Program-made: the position numbers and the translations under genes | Origin: a virus | Direction: 5' to 3' (one strand) | Length of the DNA: 64,000 nt | IMG/VR virus record: IMGVR_UViG_3300031229_000002 | Coordinates: 7,797 to 71,796 of that record | Shown here: positions 26,649-37,500 of the stretch, in pieces | Position numbering within the stretch: position 1 is the stretch's first letter | Layout: each line of letters opens with the position of its first letter | The notes under the pieces: model-generated | The model's database searches: none | Seen by the model: only the letters and a program-made list of their open reading frames with translations | What the model was told of the DNA's origin: nothing

Positions 26649-28079
26649 ATGGCGCTTGCCCAGTACAGCGAGCTGTTCTGGTTCCCCTCCGGGGAGTTGG
26701 CGGCGAACGTGACCGCGAGAGTGTTCCGACACGCCTCGAACACGCTCGCCACGCTGTACGCCGACGCGGCCGGCACGACACCGCTCGCGAATCCGATGTC
26801 AACATCGGGGACCGGGCGGCTGACGTTCTACGTCGAAGAAGGCCGCTACTGGGTTCACATCGACTCCGAGACGTTCGAGATCGGGGTGGGTGCGGCAGCA
26901 CAGGCAGCGACCCAGGGCGACATCACCACCGCGGTCGCCGCCCACAGCGCTGCGGTTGATCCGCACGCCGACCGCGCTTATACCGACACGCAGATCGCTG
27001 CACTGTCGGCGCTGACCCAGCTCAAAGTAAAGACCGCCGACGAAGCCCGCACAGCCGACACCACCGTCAGCGACGACCTGCACCTGTTCGCCTCCCTGGA
27101 AGCGAACAGCGTCTACCGCTTCACCAGCATGCTGCTGTTCGACGGGCCCGAAGCCGCCGACGCCACCATCAGCTTCACCGCCCCATCCGGAGCGTCGGGC
27201 GGCTGGTCGCCCGTCGCCGGAACCCTCGGCACCACCACCCCCGACGGGGCTGCCCAGCTGAAGATGGCCGGCCGCCAGTTCGGCTCCGAGGTCGACGTGG
27301 GTGTGATGGCGTCGTCAGCGTCGCTGGCCGGACTGATGGTGCTGCCGCACGGCATCGTCGTCACCGGCGCCACAGCCGGGACGCTGCGCCTGCAGTGGGC
27401 GCAAGCCTCCAGCAACATCACCGCAGTGAACCTGAAAGCCGGGTCCACGCTGGAAGTCGTCAAAGTCTCCGGGGCCGGGCCGTCCGCGTCCGGCATCAAC
27501 CTCGACTTCCCCGGCAACTACCCGACGGATCAGGGCCTCCTCGCCTGGACGTACGATCCGGACATGGCCGGGCACGTCACCGCCCAGTCGTCCGGCTCCC
27601 CGGCCGGTTCGGATGTGCGGGGCATCATCACCCTCACGAAAATCCAAATCCGCAAGTCGATCACCTGGTCACAGATTTGGTTCGGGCTGTCCGGCATCGA
27701 CACCGGGGCCAGCCTCAGCGACTGCTACCTCGGCGTGTACAACTCGGCTGGTACCCGCCTCGGTACCACCGCCGACATTGCCGCCGACCTCATGACCGGC
27801 GCCATCGCTAAACCCGTGGACCTGGCCGCCACGTTCACCGCCGCGCCGGGCGAATACTTCATCGCGATGCTACTGAACGGCACCTGGACCACGAACGGCC
27901 TGCACTTCAAAGCGTCCGGCGCGGGAATCTCGGTGAACGCCAACCTGACCGCGCCGCAGCTGCGCTACTCGAACATGCTCACCGGCCAAACGTCCCTGCC
28001 CGCATCGCTGGACCTCACCCAGCAGACCACTACCCGCATCAACACCGGCTGGGCTTCCCAGTGGTACGGGATCAGCTGA
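26649..28079 (+). CDS. Virion structural protein (fibre/decoration-like)
   Basis: LANP...GRLTFY Ig-like N-terminus; DPHADRAY linker; LRLQWAQ beta-rich domains. Confidence 0.55.
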   Translation: MALAQYSELFWFPSGELAANVTARVFRHASNTLATLYADAAGTTPLANPMSTSGTGRLTFYVEEGRYWVHIDSETFEIGVGAAAQAATQGDITTAVAAHSAAVDPHADRAYTDTQIAALSALTQLKVKTADEARTADTTVSDDLHLFASLEANSVYRFTSMLLFDGPEAADATISFTAPSGASGGWSPVAGTLGTTTPDGAAQLKMAGRQFGSEVDVGVMASSASLAGLMVLPHGIVVTGATAGTLRLQWAQASSNITAVNLKAGSTLEVVKVSGAGPSASGINLDFPGNYPTDQGLLAWTYDPDMAGHVTAQSSGSPAGSDVRGIITLTKIQIRKSITWSQIWFGLSGIDTGASLSDCYLGVYNSAGTRLGTTADIAADLMTGAIAKPVDLAATFTAAPGEYFIAMLLNGTWTTNGLHFKASGAGISVNANLTAPQLRYSNMLTGQTSLPASLDLTQQTTTRINTGWASQWYGIS

Positions 28080-28092
28080 GAAGGGGCCCAGC

Positions 28093-28926
28093 ATGCCGGT
28101 CATCAACCCCATCCTGAGTACACCGTCCGGAACGGGCGGAATCAGCGGGCCGTGCGCGGACTGGCCCGTCACCTGGACCTGCGAGTTGGACACGCTGAAC
28201 CCTGCCGTCACCGGCATCGCCGTGAGCATGGCGACGGAAACGCTGTGGGCTTTGACGGGCATGCGGTTCGGGACGTGCCAGGTCACGCTGCGGCCGTGCG
28301 CCCGCGAGTGCCAGACCGGTTCGTTCTACGACGACTTCGGGCCGCCGTGGGCGTCGGGCTCCTATCCGCAGCCCGCGCTGGTCGGGGGGCTTTGGTACAA
28401 CCTCACCTGCGGGTCGTGTACGGGTGACTGCTCGTGCACTGAGGTGTCGGAGGTGCGGCTTCCGGCTCCGGTGCACACGATCGTTGAGGTGAAGATCGAC
28501 GGTACGCCGATGGTGTCGGGCGCGTACCGCGTCGACAATAACCGGCTGCTGGTGCGTACGGATGGCGGGCGGTGGCCGCGCTGCAACGATCTAAACCTGG
28601 ACGACACGGAGGTGGGTACGTGGTCGGTGACGGCAACGTACGGGGAGTCGTTGCCGGAGGGCGCCTCTTTGGCTGTGGGCCAGTTGGCGTGTGAGATCGC
28701 GAAGGCTGCGGCGGGCGGGGACTGCAAGCTGCCGGCCGGGTTGCAGCAGTTGGTGCGGCAGGGCGTGACCATCAGCTATCCCGATGTCGGGGAGTTGTTC
28801 CGGCAGGGCCGCACAGGGCTGTATCTGGTGGACATGTTCGTCAGCACATGGAATCCGTACGGGCTGCGGCAACGCTCACGGGTGTATTCGGTGGACCGGC
28901 CGACGGTGCGGAGAGCGGGGACCTGA
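28093..28926 (+). CDS. Head-to-tail adaptor
   Basis: LWALTGMRFG.C..TLRPC, WPRCNDL, LACE, RQGVT, TGLYLVD. Confidence 0.7.
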   Translation: MPVINPILSTPSGTGGISGPCADWPVTWTCELDTLNPAVTGIAVSMATETLWALTGMRFGTCQVTLRPCARECQTGSFYDDFGPPWASGSYPQPALVGGLWYNLTCGSCTGDCSCTEVSEVRLPAPVHTIVEVKIDGTPMVSGAYRVDNNRLLVRTDGGRWPRCNDLNLDDTEVGTWSVTATYGESLPEGASLAVGQLACEIAKAAAGGDCKLPAGLQQLVRQGVTISYPDVGELFRQGRTGLYLVDMFVSTWNPYGLRQRSRVYSVDRPTVRRAGT

Positions 28927-28928
28927 AC

Positions 28929-29432
28929 ATGTCGATGATCTCCGGCGAGTTGAAGTGGTACACCGTCGCCGAACGTCTCCGCGCCGCGATCCACGCCGAC
29001 CTCACCGTCAAGCCTGACCGCTCTGGCGTCATCCCCGGAGCCATCGCCTGGGACGCCTGCGACTGCGGCATGCTCGCCGTGTCCGTCGCCCAGGTGTACC
29101 CGTCGGAGGACTTCCCCGACCCGCAGACCGTCAAGGTAGGCCCGTGCGACGCCCCATGGGAAGTTGCCGAACTCGTCGTGCAGATCGTCCGCTGCGCCCC
29201 CAACCCCGACGGGCAAGAGCTGGCCCCCACGGTAACCGCGCTCGACGCTTCCGCCCGCGAGGTTGCCCGCGACGCGTACGAGACCCTGCGCGCGGTGTCT
29301 GTCGCGCTCTGCCAGATGGACACCGACCGCGAGATCTCCGACTTCCTCGTCCGCCCCCAGACCGCACAAGGCCCCGAGGGCGGATGCGTCGGCTCCGAAC
29401 TGCGCGCGCTCGTCGCCCTCGGAAGGAACTGA
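28929..29432 (+). CDS. Neck/tail-terminator-like protein
   Basis: Position; WDACDCG, VRCAP, GPEGGCVG. Confidence 0.55.
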   Translation: MSMISGELKWYTVAERLRAAIHADLTVKPDRSGVIPGAIAWDACDCGMLAVSVAQVYPSEDFPDPQTVKVGPCDAPWEVAELVVQIVRCAPNPDGQELAPTVTALDASAREVARDAYETLRAVSVALCQMDTDREISDFLVRPQTAQGPEGGCVGSELRALVALGRN

Positions 29433-29435
29433 CCG

Positions 29436-29828
29436 ATGGCCGACTTCATCAAGTCCGGGCAGATCCGCATCGACCGCACCCGGCTGGAACGCATGCTGCG
29501 CCTGCCCGGCGGCCTCGTCGACCGTAACCTGCGGCGCCGTACCATCCGTGTCGTCAACCGTGCCCGGGAGTTGGCGCCGGGCAGTATGGGGCGCGGCATC
29601 GTCTGGCACATCGAGGGCCGTGGCCGCGACCTGTCAGCGGTGATCGTCTCCACGCACCACGCCACCCAGTACGTGGTCAACGGCACGAGGCCGCACCAGA
29701 TCCGGCCGGTGCGTGCGAAGGCTCTGCGCTTCACCGTCAACGGCAGGGTCGTGTTCGCCCAGCTCGTCAATCACCCGGGCAGCCAGGCCAATGACTTCCT
29801 CAACAAGGCCTTGCGCGAGGCACTCTGA
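29436..29828 (+). CDS. HK97 gp10-like tail completion protein
   Basis: YVVNGTRPHQIRP...VNHPG...FL. Confidence 0.7.
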   Translation: MADFIKSGQIRIDRTRLERMLRLPGGLVDRNLRRRTIRVVNRARELAPGSMGRGIVWHIEGRGRDLSAVIVSTHHATQYVVNGTRPHQIRPVRAKALRFTVNGRVVFAQLVNHPGSQANDFLNKALREAL

Positions 29829-29872
29829 GCCACCGGAATGATCATGCGCGGGGGGTGCCTACCGTCACCCGC

Positions 29873-30376
29873 ATGACCGAACTCCTCCAGCACCCGAACG
29901 GCATGACCGCCAACCCGCCCCCCATCATGGCCGCAGCCGCGCCGCCGCCCTCCGCCCGCGACTTCAGCCGCCAGCGCAAGCGCCTCACCTTCACCATCGA
30001 TGGCGACACCTTCGAAGCCGCACCCGCACTGCCCGGCGACATCTACGCCGAATTCGTCACCCTCTACAACAGCACCGGCGAAACCGACACCTACCAGGAA
30101 CAGCACGATCTCCTGAAGCGTGCCCTCGAACTCGCCCTCCTGGAGGACTCCTTCCAGCGGTTCACCGCCCGGCTAAAGGACAAGACGAAGCCGATCGACG
30201 ACGACCAGATGGCCGACGTCGTCCTGTGGCTCCTGGAGGAATACGGCATGCGCCCTACACAGCCGTCGCCGGACTCATCGGATGGATCTGCCAACCCGGA
30301 ATCTGGCACCAACTCGACGGCGAATACGCAGCCCGCGGAGTCGACTTCGCAGACCTCCCCGCCGACCGCTTCCTGA
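29873..30376 (+). CDS. Tail assembly chaperone (gpG-like)
   Basis: Leaderless ATG after promoter motif (29833-29865); upstream of tape measure. Confidence 0.7.
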   Translation: MTELLQHPNGMTANPPPIMAAAAPPPSARDFSRQRKRLTFTIDGDTFEAAPALPGDIYAEFVTLYNSTGETDTYQEQHDLLKRALELALLEDSFQRFTARLKDKTKPIDDDQMADVVLWLLEEYGMRPTQPSPDSSDGSANPESGTNSTANTQPAESTSQTSPPTAS

Positions 30377-30609
30377 ACGCGATCTACACAGAAATGCTGC
30401 AGCGGCTGATCGTCCACGACGGACAGACCGAGGAACAGGCACGAGCCCGCTTCGACGCCGACCTCGGAGTCTCCGCATGGGCGCTGCCCGGCCGCGAACG
30501 CCGCGAGATGGAGCAGAAGCCGGACGACGGCGCGCCCTGGTGGTGGCAAGGCGGCGAGGACGCTAGCCAGTCGTTCCTCGCCTCGATGGGGGTGACACTC
30601 GATGGCTGA
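30250..30609 (+). CDS. Tail assembly chaperone extension (gpT-like), probably made by -1 frameshift
   Basis: Overlapping ORF in the -1 frame without a good start; candidate shift at CGC CCT AC (~30251). Confidence 0.55.
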   Translation, partial: APYTAVAGLIGWICQPGIWHQLDGEYAARGVDFADLPADRFLNAIYTEMLQRLIVHDGQTEEQARARFDADLGVSAWALPGRERREMEQKPDDGAPWWWQGGEDASQSFLASMGVTLDG

Positions 30610-33600
30610 GCTGATCGGCACTGCGACGATCCGCGTCGACATGAACACCGCCGACGCGGTCCGCAACATCCGCCGCATGGTCAACCAGGCCGACGGCCCA
30701 CTGCGGAATTTGCAGCGACGCATCGGTCTCGTACGCGCCGATCTCGCGTCACTGCGCGGCGCCAGCATCAGTGTCACCGTCGATGACGGGACCGGGCCAG
30801 GAGCCGCCAGGGTCCGCGCCGCTGTACGCGACCTCCAACAGCTCGGCCCCATCCGTATCAGCGCCCGCATCGACACGGACACAGCCGGCACCACCGCGGC
30901 CACGGCGGCGCTGCGAGCCTTGCGGGACGAGGCAGCCGACACCACCCGCGCGCTGCGCGGCCTGGCCGCGCAGGCCCTCGCCGCTGCGGCCGCACTGCGA
31001 CTGCTCGGCACCCAAGCCCGCAGCCTGCGCGGCGACATGGACGATCTCGACGGTGTCATCCGCCGCGTCAGGGACGGCCTCAACAACCTCGGAGGCGGCT
31101 TCGGCGATGCGGGTGGCGCGGTGGACAAGCTGCGTTCCGCCGCGCTACTGCTGGCCCCGGCGCTCCTTCCGATTGCGGCGCAGGCCATCCATATTCTTCC
31201 CCTGGCCGCGAACTTTGGTGCGGCCGCCGTGGCCGTGGGCGTATTCGGTGCGGCCATCGCAGGACAGGTCGTGGCGATCAAGGATGTGGCGGAGGCGGAG
31301 AAGAAGGCCGCCGACGCAGTCAAGACCCACGGCGCCAGCTCGGCGGAGGCCGCCAAGGCACAGGACGCCTACCGGGCGGCGCTCTCCGCACTGCCCCCAG
31401 CCACCCGGACTGCGGCGGCGGCGTTCAGTGTGCTCAGTGACCAGTACCGGGAGTGGTCGGACAGTCTCGCCGACAACACGATGCCGGTGGCGACGAAAGC
31501 GTTCGCCGCGTTCGGTGCAGTCTTCCCGAAGCTCACTCCGCTGGTTCAGGGCACGTCGCAGCAGCTGAACCGGTTTGTGACGATCGCTGCGGGCGGCGTT
31601 CAATCCGCTGGCTTCGACCGGTTTATGCAGTCGTTCGCGGAGTTCGCGACGGGCGCCCTGTCGAAGGCCAATGATGCGCTGATCCGGTTCACGCGCACCC
31701 TGGACACGGGGAAGATCAGCGGTGGCGTGGCCGAGTTCATGGAGTACGCGCGCGCTAACGGGCCGCTGGTGCGGGACGTGCTGTCGAATGTGGCGCAGGC
31801 GCTGGGCAACATCCTCGAAGGTGCAGCGAACGTCGGGCCTGGCCTGCTGGTGGTGGTGAACGCTTTGGCCGGGATTGCGGCCGCGGTGCCGCCGGGTGTG
31901 ATCACGGCGATGCTGCAGTTGGCGATCGCGTTGAAGGCGGTCCGGCTTGCGGCCGTGGCAATGGCTGCGTCTTCGACTGGTCTGGCCGCGTTCGGTGCGG
32001 CGATCACCGCGATGCGGGTGGCGGCGGCGGGCGCGACGGGTGTGCTGCCTCGGCTGGCGGCGGCGATCGGTGTGATGTCGCGTGCCACGAAGATTGCCCT
32101 GGCGGGAACCGGGATCGGCCTGTTGGTGATCGCGCTCACCGAGTTGTCGCAGATCGGGAGGCAGGCACCCCCGGACGTCGACAAGCTGACGGGGTCGCTG
32201 GCCCGGCTCGGTAAGTCCGGGAAGGTCGCGGGGGAGGCCGCGAGGGCGTTCGGCAGCGACCTTGGCGGCCTGAACGACAAGGTGCAGGCGCTGACCGACC
32301 CGGGCACCGCCGACAAGGTGCAGCAGTTCCTTGTCGGCTGGACCGGCTGGGATTCCACGCCGGTGAAGGAGGCGAAGGAGAACCTCGACTCCGTTGACAA
32401 AGCGCTCGCGAATCTCGTCAAGGACGGGAAGGCGGACCTTGCTGCTGCTGCGTTGAAGCGGCTGACGGCGGAGTACGGCAAGGGCGGCCGGGATACCAAG
32501 GAGTTCACGAGCCGTCTCGACGATTACAAGGCGTCGTTGGAGGACGCGAAGTTCGAGCAGCAGTTGGCTGCTGATGCGATGGGTTTGTTCGGGCAGCAGG
32601 CGCAGGCCACGTCGGCGAAGCTCGCCGAGCAGAAGCAGAGCACGGACGGGCTGCGGCAGGCGATCCATGCACTGAACGAGGCGACTCTCATGGCGCGCGG
32701 CGGGATCCGCGGTATGGAGGCGGCCATCGACGCTGCCGCGGAGGCGGCGCGGGAGAACGGCCGCACGCTGGACGAGAACACAGAGAAGGGCCGCGCGAAC
32801 AACCAGGCCTTGGACAACCTCGCTTCATCGACGATGAAGGCCGCGGAGGCCGCAAGGGAGAACGGCGCCTCGTGGTCTACCGTCAACGGGATTTACGACC
32901 GCGGGCGCGGGAAGCTCATCGAGTCCGCAATACAGATGGGCCTCACACGCAAAGAGGCCAAAGCCCTCGCCGATCAGATCCTGAAGACGCCGAACAAGAC
33001 GGCGCTGCTGAAAGCCGACATCACCGACTGGAAAACGAAGATCTCCGCTGCGGAGAAGCAACTCAAGACCGCCAAGGGCGACAAGAAAGCGAAACTGACC
33101 GCCGACATCGCCGACTGGAGAGTCAAGGTCGCGCAGGCCGAGCAGCAACTGGTGAAGGCGAAGGGCAACAAGCGGGCGAAGCTGACCGCCGATATCGACG
33201 TGTGGAAGGCGAAGGTTGCGCAGGCCGAGCAGCAGCTGAAGACCGCCAAGGGTGACAAGAAAGCCAAGCTGACGGCGAACATCGACGACTGGCAGTCGAA
33301 GATCGCCGAGGCGTTGAGGGCGATCAACAACCTGCCTAGGAGCAGGTCGACGAAGCTGACTGCGCACTACGTCAACATCACCGAGAACCGCACGATCTAC
33401 ACCGGCCAGGGCGGCCGCGGCCCCAACGCAGCCACCGGCGGCCTGTACACGGGCAGCGGGTTCAAGTACCGGGGGAAGGGCTACGCCAACGGCGGCATGG
33501 TGGAGGGCCCGGGCACGGGCACCTCGGACAGTGTGTTCGCGCCGTGGCTGAGCAAGAACGAGTTCGTCGTCAACGCCCGCCGCACCCGCCAGCACCTGCC

Positions 33601-34579
33601 CCTACTCAAAGCAATCAACGACGGCCGCCTGGACACCGGCACCACCAGCAATACCGCAGGCATGGCCGGGTCCTCGGCGATCGGCCGCATCGCCCAGGCC
33701 ATCGTCGCGATGATGCGGAACACAATCAACTCCGCTGCCGAGCGGGCCCGCACGCTCGCCGCGTCCGCTGTCTCAGCCATCAGCCGCGACATCGGACGCG
33801 GCCTCATCACCGGGCTCCAAACGGCGATGCCGCAGGTAGCGGCAGCAGCCAAGAAGGCCACAGCAGCGGCCACTCCCCGCACGGCAACCATGCAGCGCGC
33901 GAGCAGCAGCCCGACCACCGGATTCGGGGCAGCCGCCGCCGAGCTGCAACGCCTGGTGGACACCGGCCGGTGGACCCGGTCCGGGTCGATGCTGTTCGAG
34001 GACATTTCCTTCCAGGGCATGTCGAAGAACTTCCAGCGGCACCAGATGAAAATCGCGGACGGGTTCTGGGCTGCGGTCAATGAGATCAAGAAGGCGGTGA
34101 AGTCGGGGAAGAAGGTCTTCGAGGACATGACCTTCAAGGGCATGAGCAGCAACGTCAACCGCTTCCACGACGAGATCGCACAAATCTGGAAGGGCAACCC
34201 GTACGGCCGGAACTTCGGCGACTGGGGAAACTTCGGCACCTACGGCCGCTACGGCAAATACGCACGAGGCGGACTCATCCAGGGACCGGGCACGGGCACC
34301 TCGGACAGGGTGCCGGTCCTTGCCTCCGACGGCGAGTACATGATCCGCGCAGCCGCCGTACGCCGCTACGGCGTCGGGCTGTTCGATCAGCTCAACTCGA
34401 TGACCACCCGCTCGCCGCGCACCACAGGACCCTCCGCAGCCGCGCCCAGCGGAGACCTCCACCTGCACATCCACAACGACGGCGTGATCGGCTCCCAGAT
34501 GGAGCTCGACAACTGGCTGGCGAAATCCATGGACCGCCTGAACCGCACCAACCGCCTCCCCGCAGCGAGGAGGGCCTGA
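30602..34579 (+). CDS. Tape measure protein
   Basis: 1325 aa, Ala-rich helical; IGTATIRV N-terminus; two GPGTGTSD motifs; four 29-aa repeats at ~33000-33320. Confidence 0.9.
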   Translation: MAELIGTATIRVDMNTADAVRNIRRMVNQADGPLRNLQRRIGLVRADLASLRGASISVTVDDGTGPGAARVRAAVRDLQQLGPIRISARIDTDTAGTTAATAALRALRDEAADTTRALRGLAAQALAAAAALRLLGTQARSLRGDMDDLDGVIRRVRDGLNNLGGGFGDAGGAVDKLRSAALLLAPALLPIAAQAIHILPLAANFGAAAVAVGVFGAAIAGQVVAIKDVAEAEKKAADAVKTHGASSAEAAKAQDAYRAALSALPPATRTAAAAFSVLSDQYREWSDSLADNTMPVATKAFAAFGAVFPKLTPLVQGTSQQLNRFVTIAAGGVQSAGFDRFMQSFAEFATGALSKANDALIRFTRTLDTGKISGGVAEFMEYARANGPLVRDVLSNVAQALGNILEGAANVGPGLLVVVNALAGIAAAVPPGVITAMLQLAIALKAVRLAAVAMAASSTGLAAFGAAITAMRVAAAGATGVLPRLAAAIGVMSRATKIALAGTGIGLLVIALTELSQIGRQAPPDVDKLTGSLARLGKSGKVAGEAARAFGSDLGGLNDKVQALTDPGTADKVQQFLVGWTGWDSTPVKEAKENLDSVDKALANLVKDGKADLAAAALKRLTAEYGKGGRDTKEFTSRLDDYKASLEDAKFEQQLAADAMGLFGQQAQATSAKLAEQKQSTDGLRQAIHALNEATLMARGGIRGMEAAIDAAAEAARENGRTLDENTEKGRANNQALDNLASSTMKAAEAARENGASWSTVNGIYDRGRGKLIESAIQMGLTRKEAKALADQILKTPNKTALLKADITDWKTKISAAEKQLKTAKGDKKAKLTADIADWRVKVAQAEQQLVKAKGNKRAKLTADIDVWKAKVAQAEQQLKTAKGDKKAKLTANIDDWQSKIAEALRAINNLPRSRSTKLTAHYVNITENRTIYTGQGGRGPNAATGGLYTGSGFKYRGKGYANGGMVEGPGTGTSDSVFAPWLSKNEFVVNARRTRQHLPLLKAINDGRLDTGTTSNTAGMAGSSAIGRIAQAIVAMMRNTINSAAERARTLAASAVSAISRDIGRGLITGLQTAMPQVAAAAKKATAAATPRTATMQRASSSPTTGFGAAAAELQRLVDTGRWTRSGSMLFEDISFQGMSKNFQRHQMKIADGFWAAVNEIKKAVKSGKKVFEDMTFKGMSSNVNRFHDEIAQIWKGNPYGRNFGDWGNFGTYGRYGKYARGGLIQGPGTGTSDRVPVLASDGEYMIRAAAVRRYGVGLFDQLNSMTTRSPRTTGPSAAAPSGDLHLHIHNDGVIGSQMELDNWLAKSMDRLNRTNRLPAARRA

Positions 34580-34580
34580 C

Positions 34581-37500
34581 ATGGCGTTGATCGGCACGCT
34601 GCGGGACACCTTCAACGACAACGTCGTCGACCCCACGAAGTGGCCCGACTCGTACGGCACCCACAGTGAGACCGGCGGCCGGGCCCGCGTCGCCTGCGAC
34701 ACCGGGTTCAACGCCTACGCGACCGACGAAGCGTGGACCCTCGAAGCATCCGAGGCCAAATGCCAACTGTTCCCCCCGGCTGCGGGCGGCGCGGCCACGG
34801 AGGCGTGGGCGCAGCTCCTCATCACCTCCACCACCGCCGGCACCGACGCCATCATCGAAGTCAACGCCGCAACCGGCGACCTCGGCATGGCGGTACGCGT
34901 CGGGTTCTTCGACCCGGGCTTCACCAGCCTGCCGTACGACCCGGTCGCGCACGCCTGGGTGCGGATCAGGGAGGACAGCGGGGATGTGCACTGGGAGACC
35001 AGCGCGGACGGCATCACATGGACGACACGGCGTACGGAGACGTCTCCGGCGTGGGTGGCGGACGTCGACCTGCAAGTTCAGCTGATCGCCCACCGGGACG
35101 GCGGTGTCGACGACTTCGCCGAGTTCGACAACTTCAACGTCAACGCGTTCGCTGCCCTCGCCGACAACTTCAACGACAACACCGTCGACACCGCCAAATG
35201 GCCGGACTCGTTCGGTACCTTCTCCGAGACCGGCGGCCGGGCCCGCGTCGCCTGCGACACAGGATTCTCCGGGTACGCATCGGCCGCGATCTACACCCTC
35301 GAAGGATCGGCGGCCAGCACCCAGGTCTTCCCCCCGGCTGCGGGCGGCGCCACAGTCGACGCGTGGGCGCAACTACTGGTCACCTCAGCGACGCCCGGCA
35401 CCGACGCGGTGATGAAAGTCAACGCCGCAACCGGCGACCTGGCGATGGAACTGCGAACCGGATTCTTCGACCCGGGCGCCGTCCTGCTGCCCTACGATCC
35501 GGCCGCCCACGCCTGGCTACGGGTCCGAGAAGCCGGCGGGGATCTGCTGTGGGACACATCCCCGGACGGCGTCACGTGGACGACACGGCGTACCGCGGCA
35601 GCTCCCACGTGGGTATCCGATACCGATCTTCAGGTGCAGCTCGTCGCGCACCGCGACAGCGGCACGGACGATTTCGCGGAGTTCGACAACTTCAACGTCG
35701 CACCGTTCGCCCAGCTCACCGACGACTTCACCTCGACAACCGTCGACACCGAGAAGTGGCCGGCCAACTACAACGAGGGCGGCGGCGGACTGCCCGACCA
35801 GCCCGACGGCCGCGCCCGCGTGCCCTGCGACACCGGGTTCGCCGCGTACGCCTCCGCAGCCGCCTACACTCTGGACGAGTCGTATGCGGGCGTGCATGCC
35901 TTCCCGCCCCCCAGCGCGGGAATGTCGGAGGCGTACGCCCAGCTGCTCATCCTCTCCGGTGTGGTGGGTACGCAGATCGTGTTCGAGATCGACGCGGCCA
36001 CCAACCTGTTGCTGATGACCGTCCACGTCGACTTCACCGACGAGGGCGGCGCCACCCTCCCCTACGACGCGGCCGAGCATGCGTGGCTGCGGGTCCGTGA
36101 GACCGCCGGAACCCTGTACTGGGAGACCTCGCCCGACGGCCGCGACTGGACGGCACGCCACTCCGACGCGGCGCCCGCCTGGGTGTCGGACAACAACCTG
36201 CAAGTGCAGCTCCTGGCGCACTGCTCGCCTGCGGTGACCGGAGGCGGCCCGACCGGCGAGTTCGCCGAATTCGATGACTTCAACATCACGCCCGAGTTGC
36301 CCGACGGGTACACGGTTGCGGTCGACTGGAACAGTGACGGCGACTTCGACGACCCCAACGACGACGTCACCGCCGATGTCCTGCGCCGAGGCGCGGTCAC
36401 CTTCCAGTACGGGCGTGACCAAGCCCGCCAGTTGTCGCCGCCGATGGTCGGCAGCCTCTCCTTCGGCCTGTGCAACGCCGACCGCATCTACAGCCCGGAG
36501 AACCCGGACTCGCCGATCGTCAACGACATCGCACCCGCAGCCCCGGTCAAAGTCGAAGTCGTCACCGGGGACACCCTGTACCCGCTGATCCGCGGCCGCA
36601 TCGACGATTTCGAAGTACACCCGGACCGCGACAACCGGACGGCGGACATCAGCGCGCTGGACGATCTGTCACTGCTGCGCGGCACCACCATCTCCACCGA
36701 ACTGTACGAGGCACAGCGCACCGGCACCCTGATCGCCGTCATCCTCGACGCCATCGGCTGGACCGCGCCCCGCGATCTGGACCTGGGCGGGACGTTCGTG
36801 CCGTGGTGGTGGGCGGAGAACAAAGACGCCTTCACCGCGCTCACGGAACTCCTCGAATCGGAGGGCCCACCGTCGATCGCGTATGTCGCCCCGGACGGCA
36901 CCTTCGTGTTCCGCGACCGGCACCACCGCCTGCTGCGGGACGCGTCGATCACCTCGCAAGCCGCCTTCGCTGCACGAGAGGTGACATGCGACTCCCCGGC
37001 GGTGACGGGCTTCTCCTACCTCCCCCCGTTCGAATACGTCCATGGCTGGCGCGACATCATCAACAGCGTGGTGTTCGCCGTCGAAGAACGCCGCCCCGAG
37101 GCAGGCTTGTCGGTGGTGTGGGAATCCGACGACACCATCAGCCTCGCCCTCGGCCAGTCCATCCAGGTCGACGTGCAAGCGTCCGATCCGTTCCGTGACG
37201 TCCAAGACCTGCGCGATGGAACCGACATCGTCTACACCGGCAGCGGCGTCCCCCTCATCCTGCTGTCCCGCCGCTCCGGCCAGGCCCTGACCGTCACCAT
37301 CACCGCGGCAGGCGGCACCCTGAACATCACGCATCTGCAGGTGCGGGCCCGACCTGTTCCGGTGGCGCGCACGGTGCAGGTGGCGGCGGACGACTCGGTG
37401 AGTATCGCGAGGCACTCCCGCCGTTCCTATCCGGAGACGCCGCCGTGGGTGAGCGCCAACGATGCTGTCGCGATCACACAGTTGTTGCTGGCGCACTATG

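Noticed and set aside
33000-33320. 87-bp tandem repeats
   Set aside because: In-frame 29-aa helical repeats, typical of tape measure proteins.
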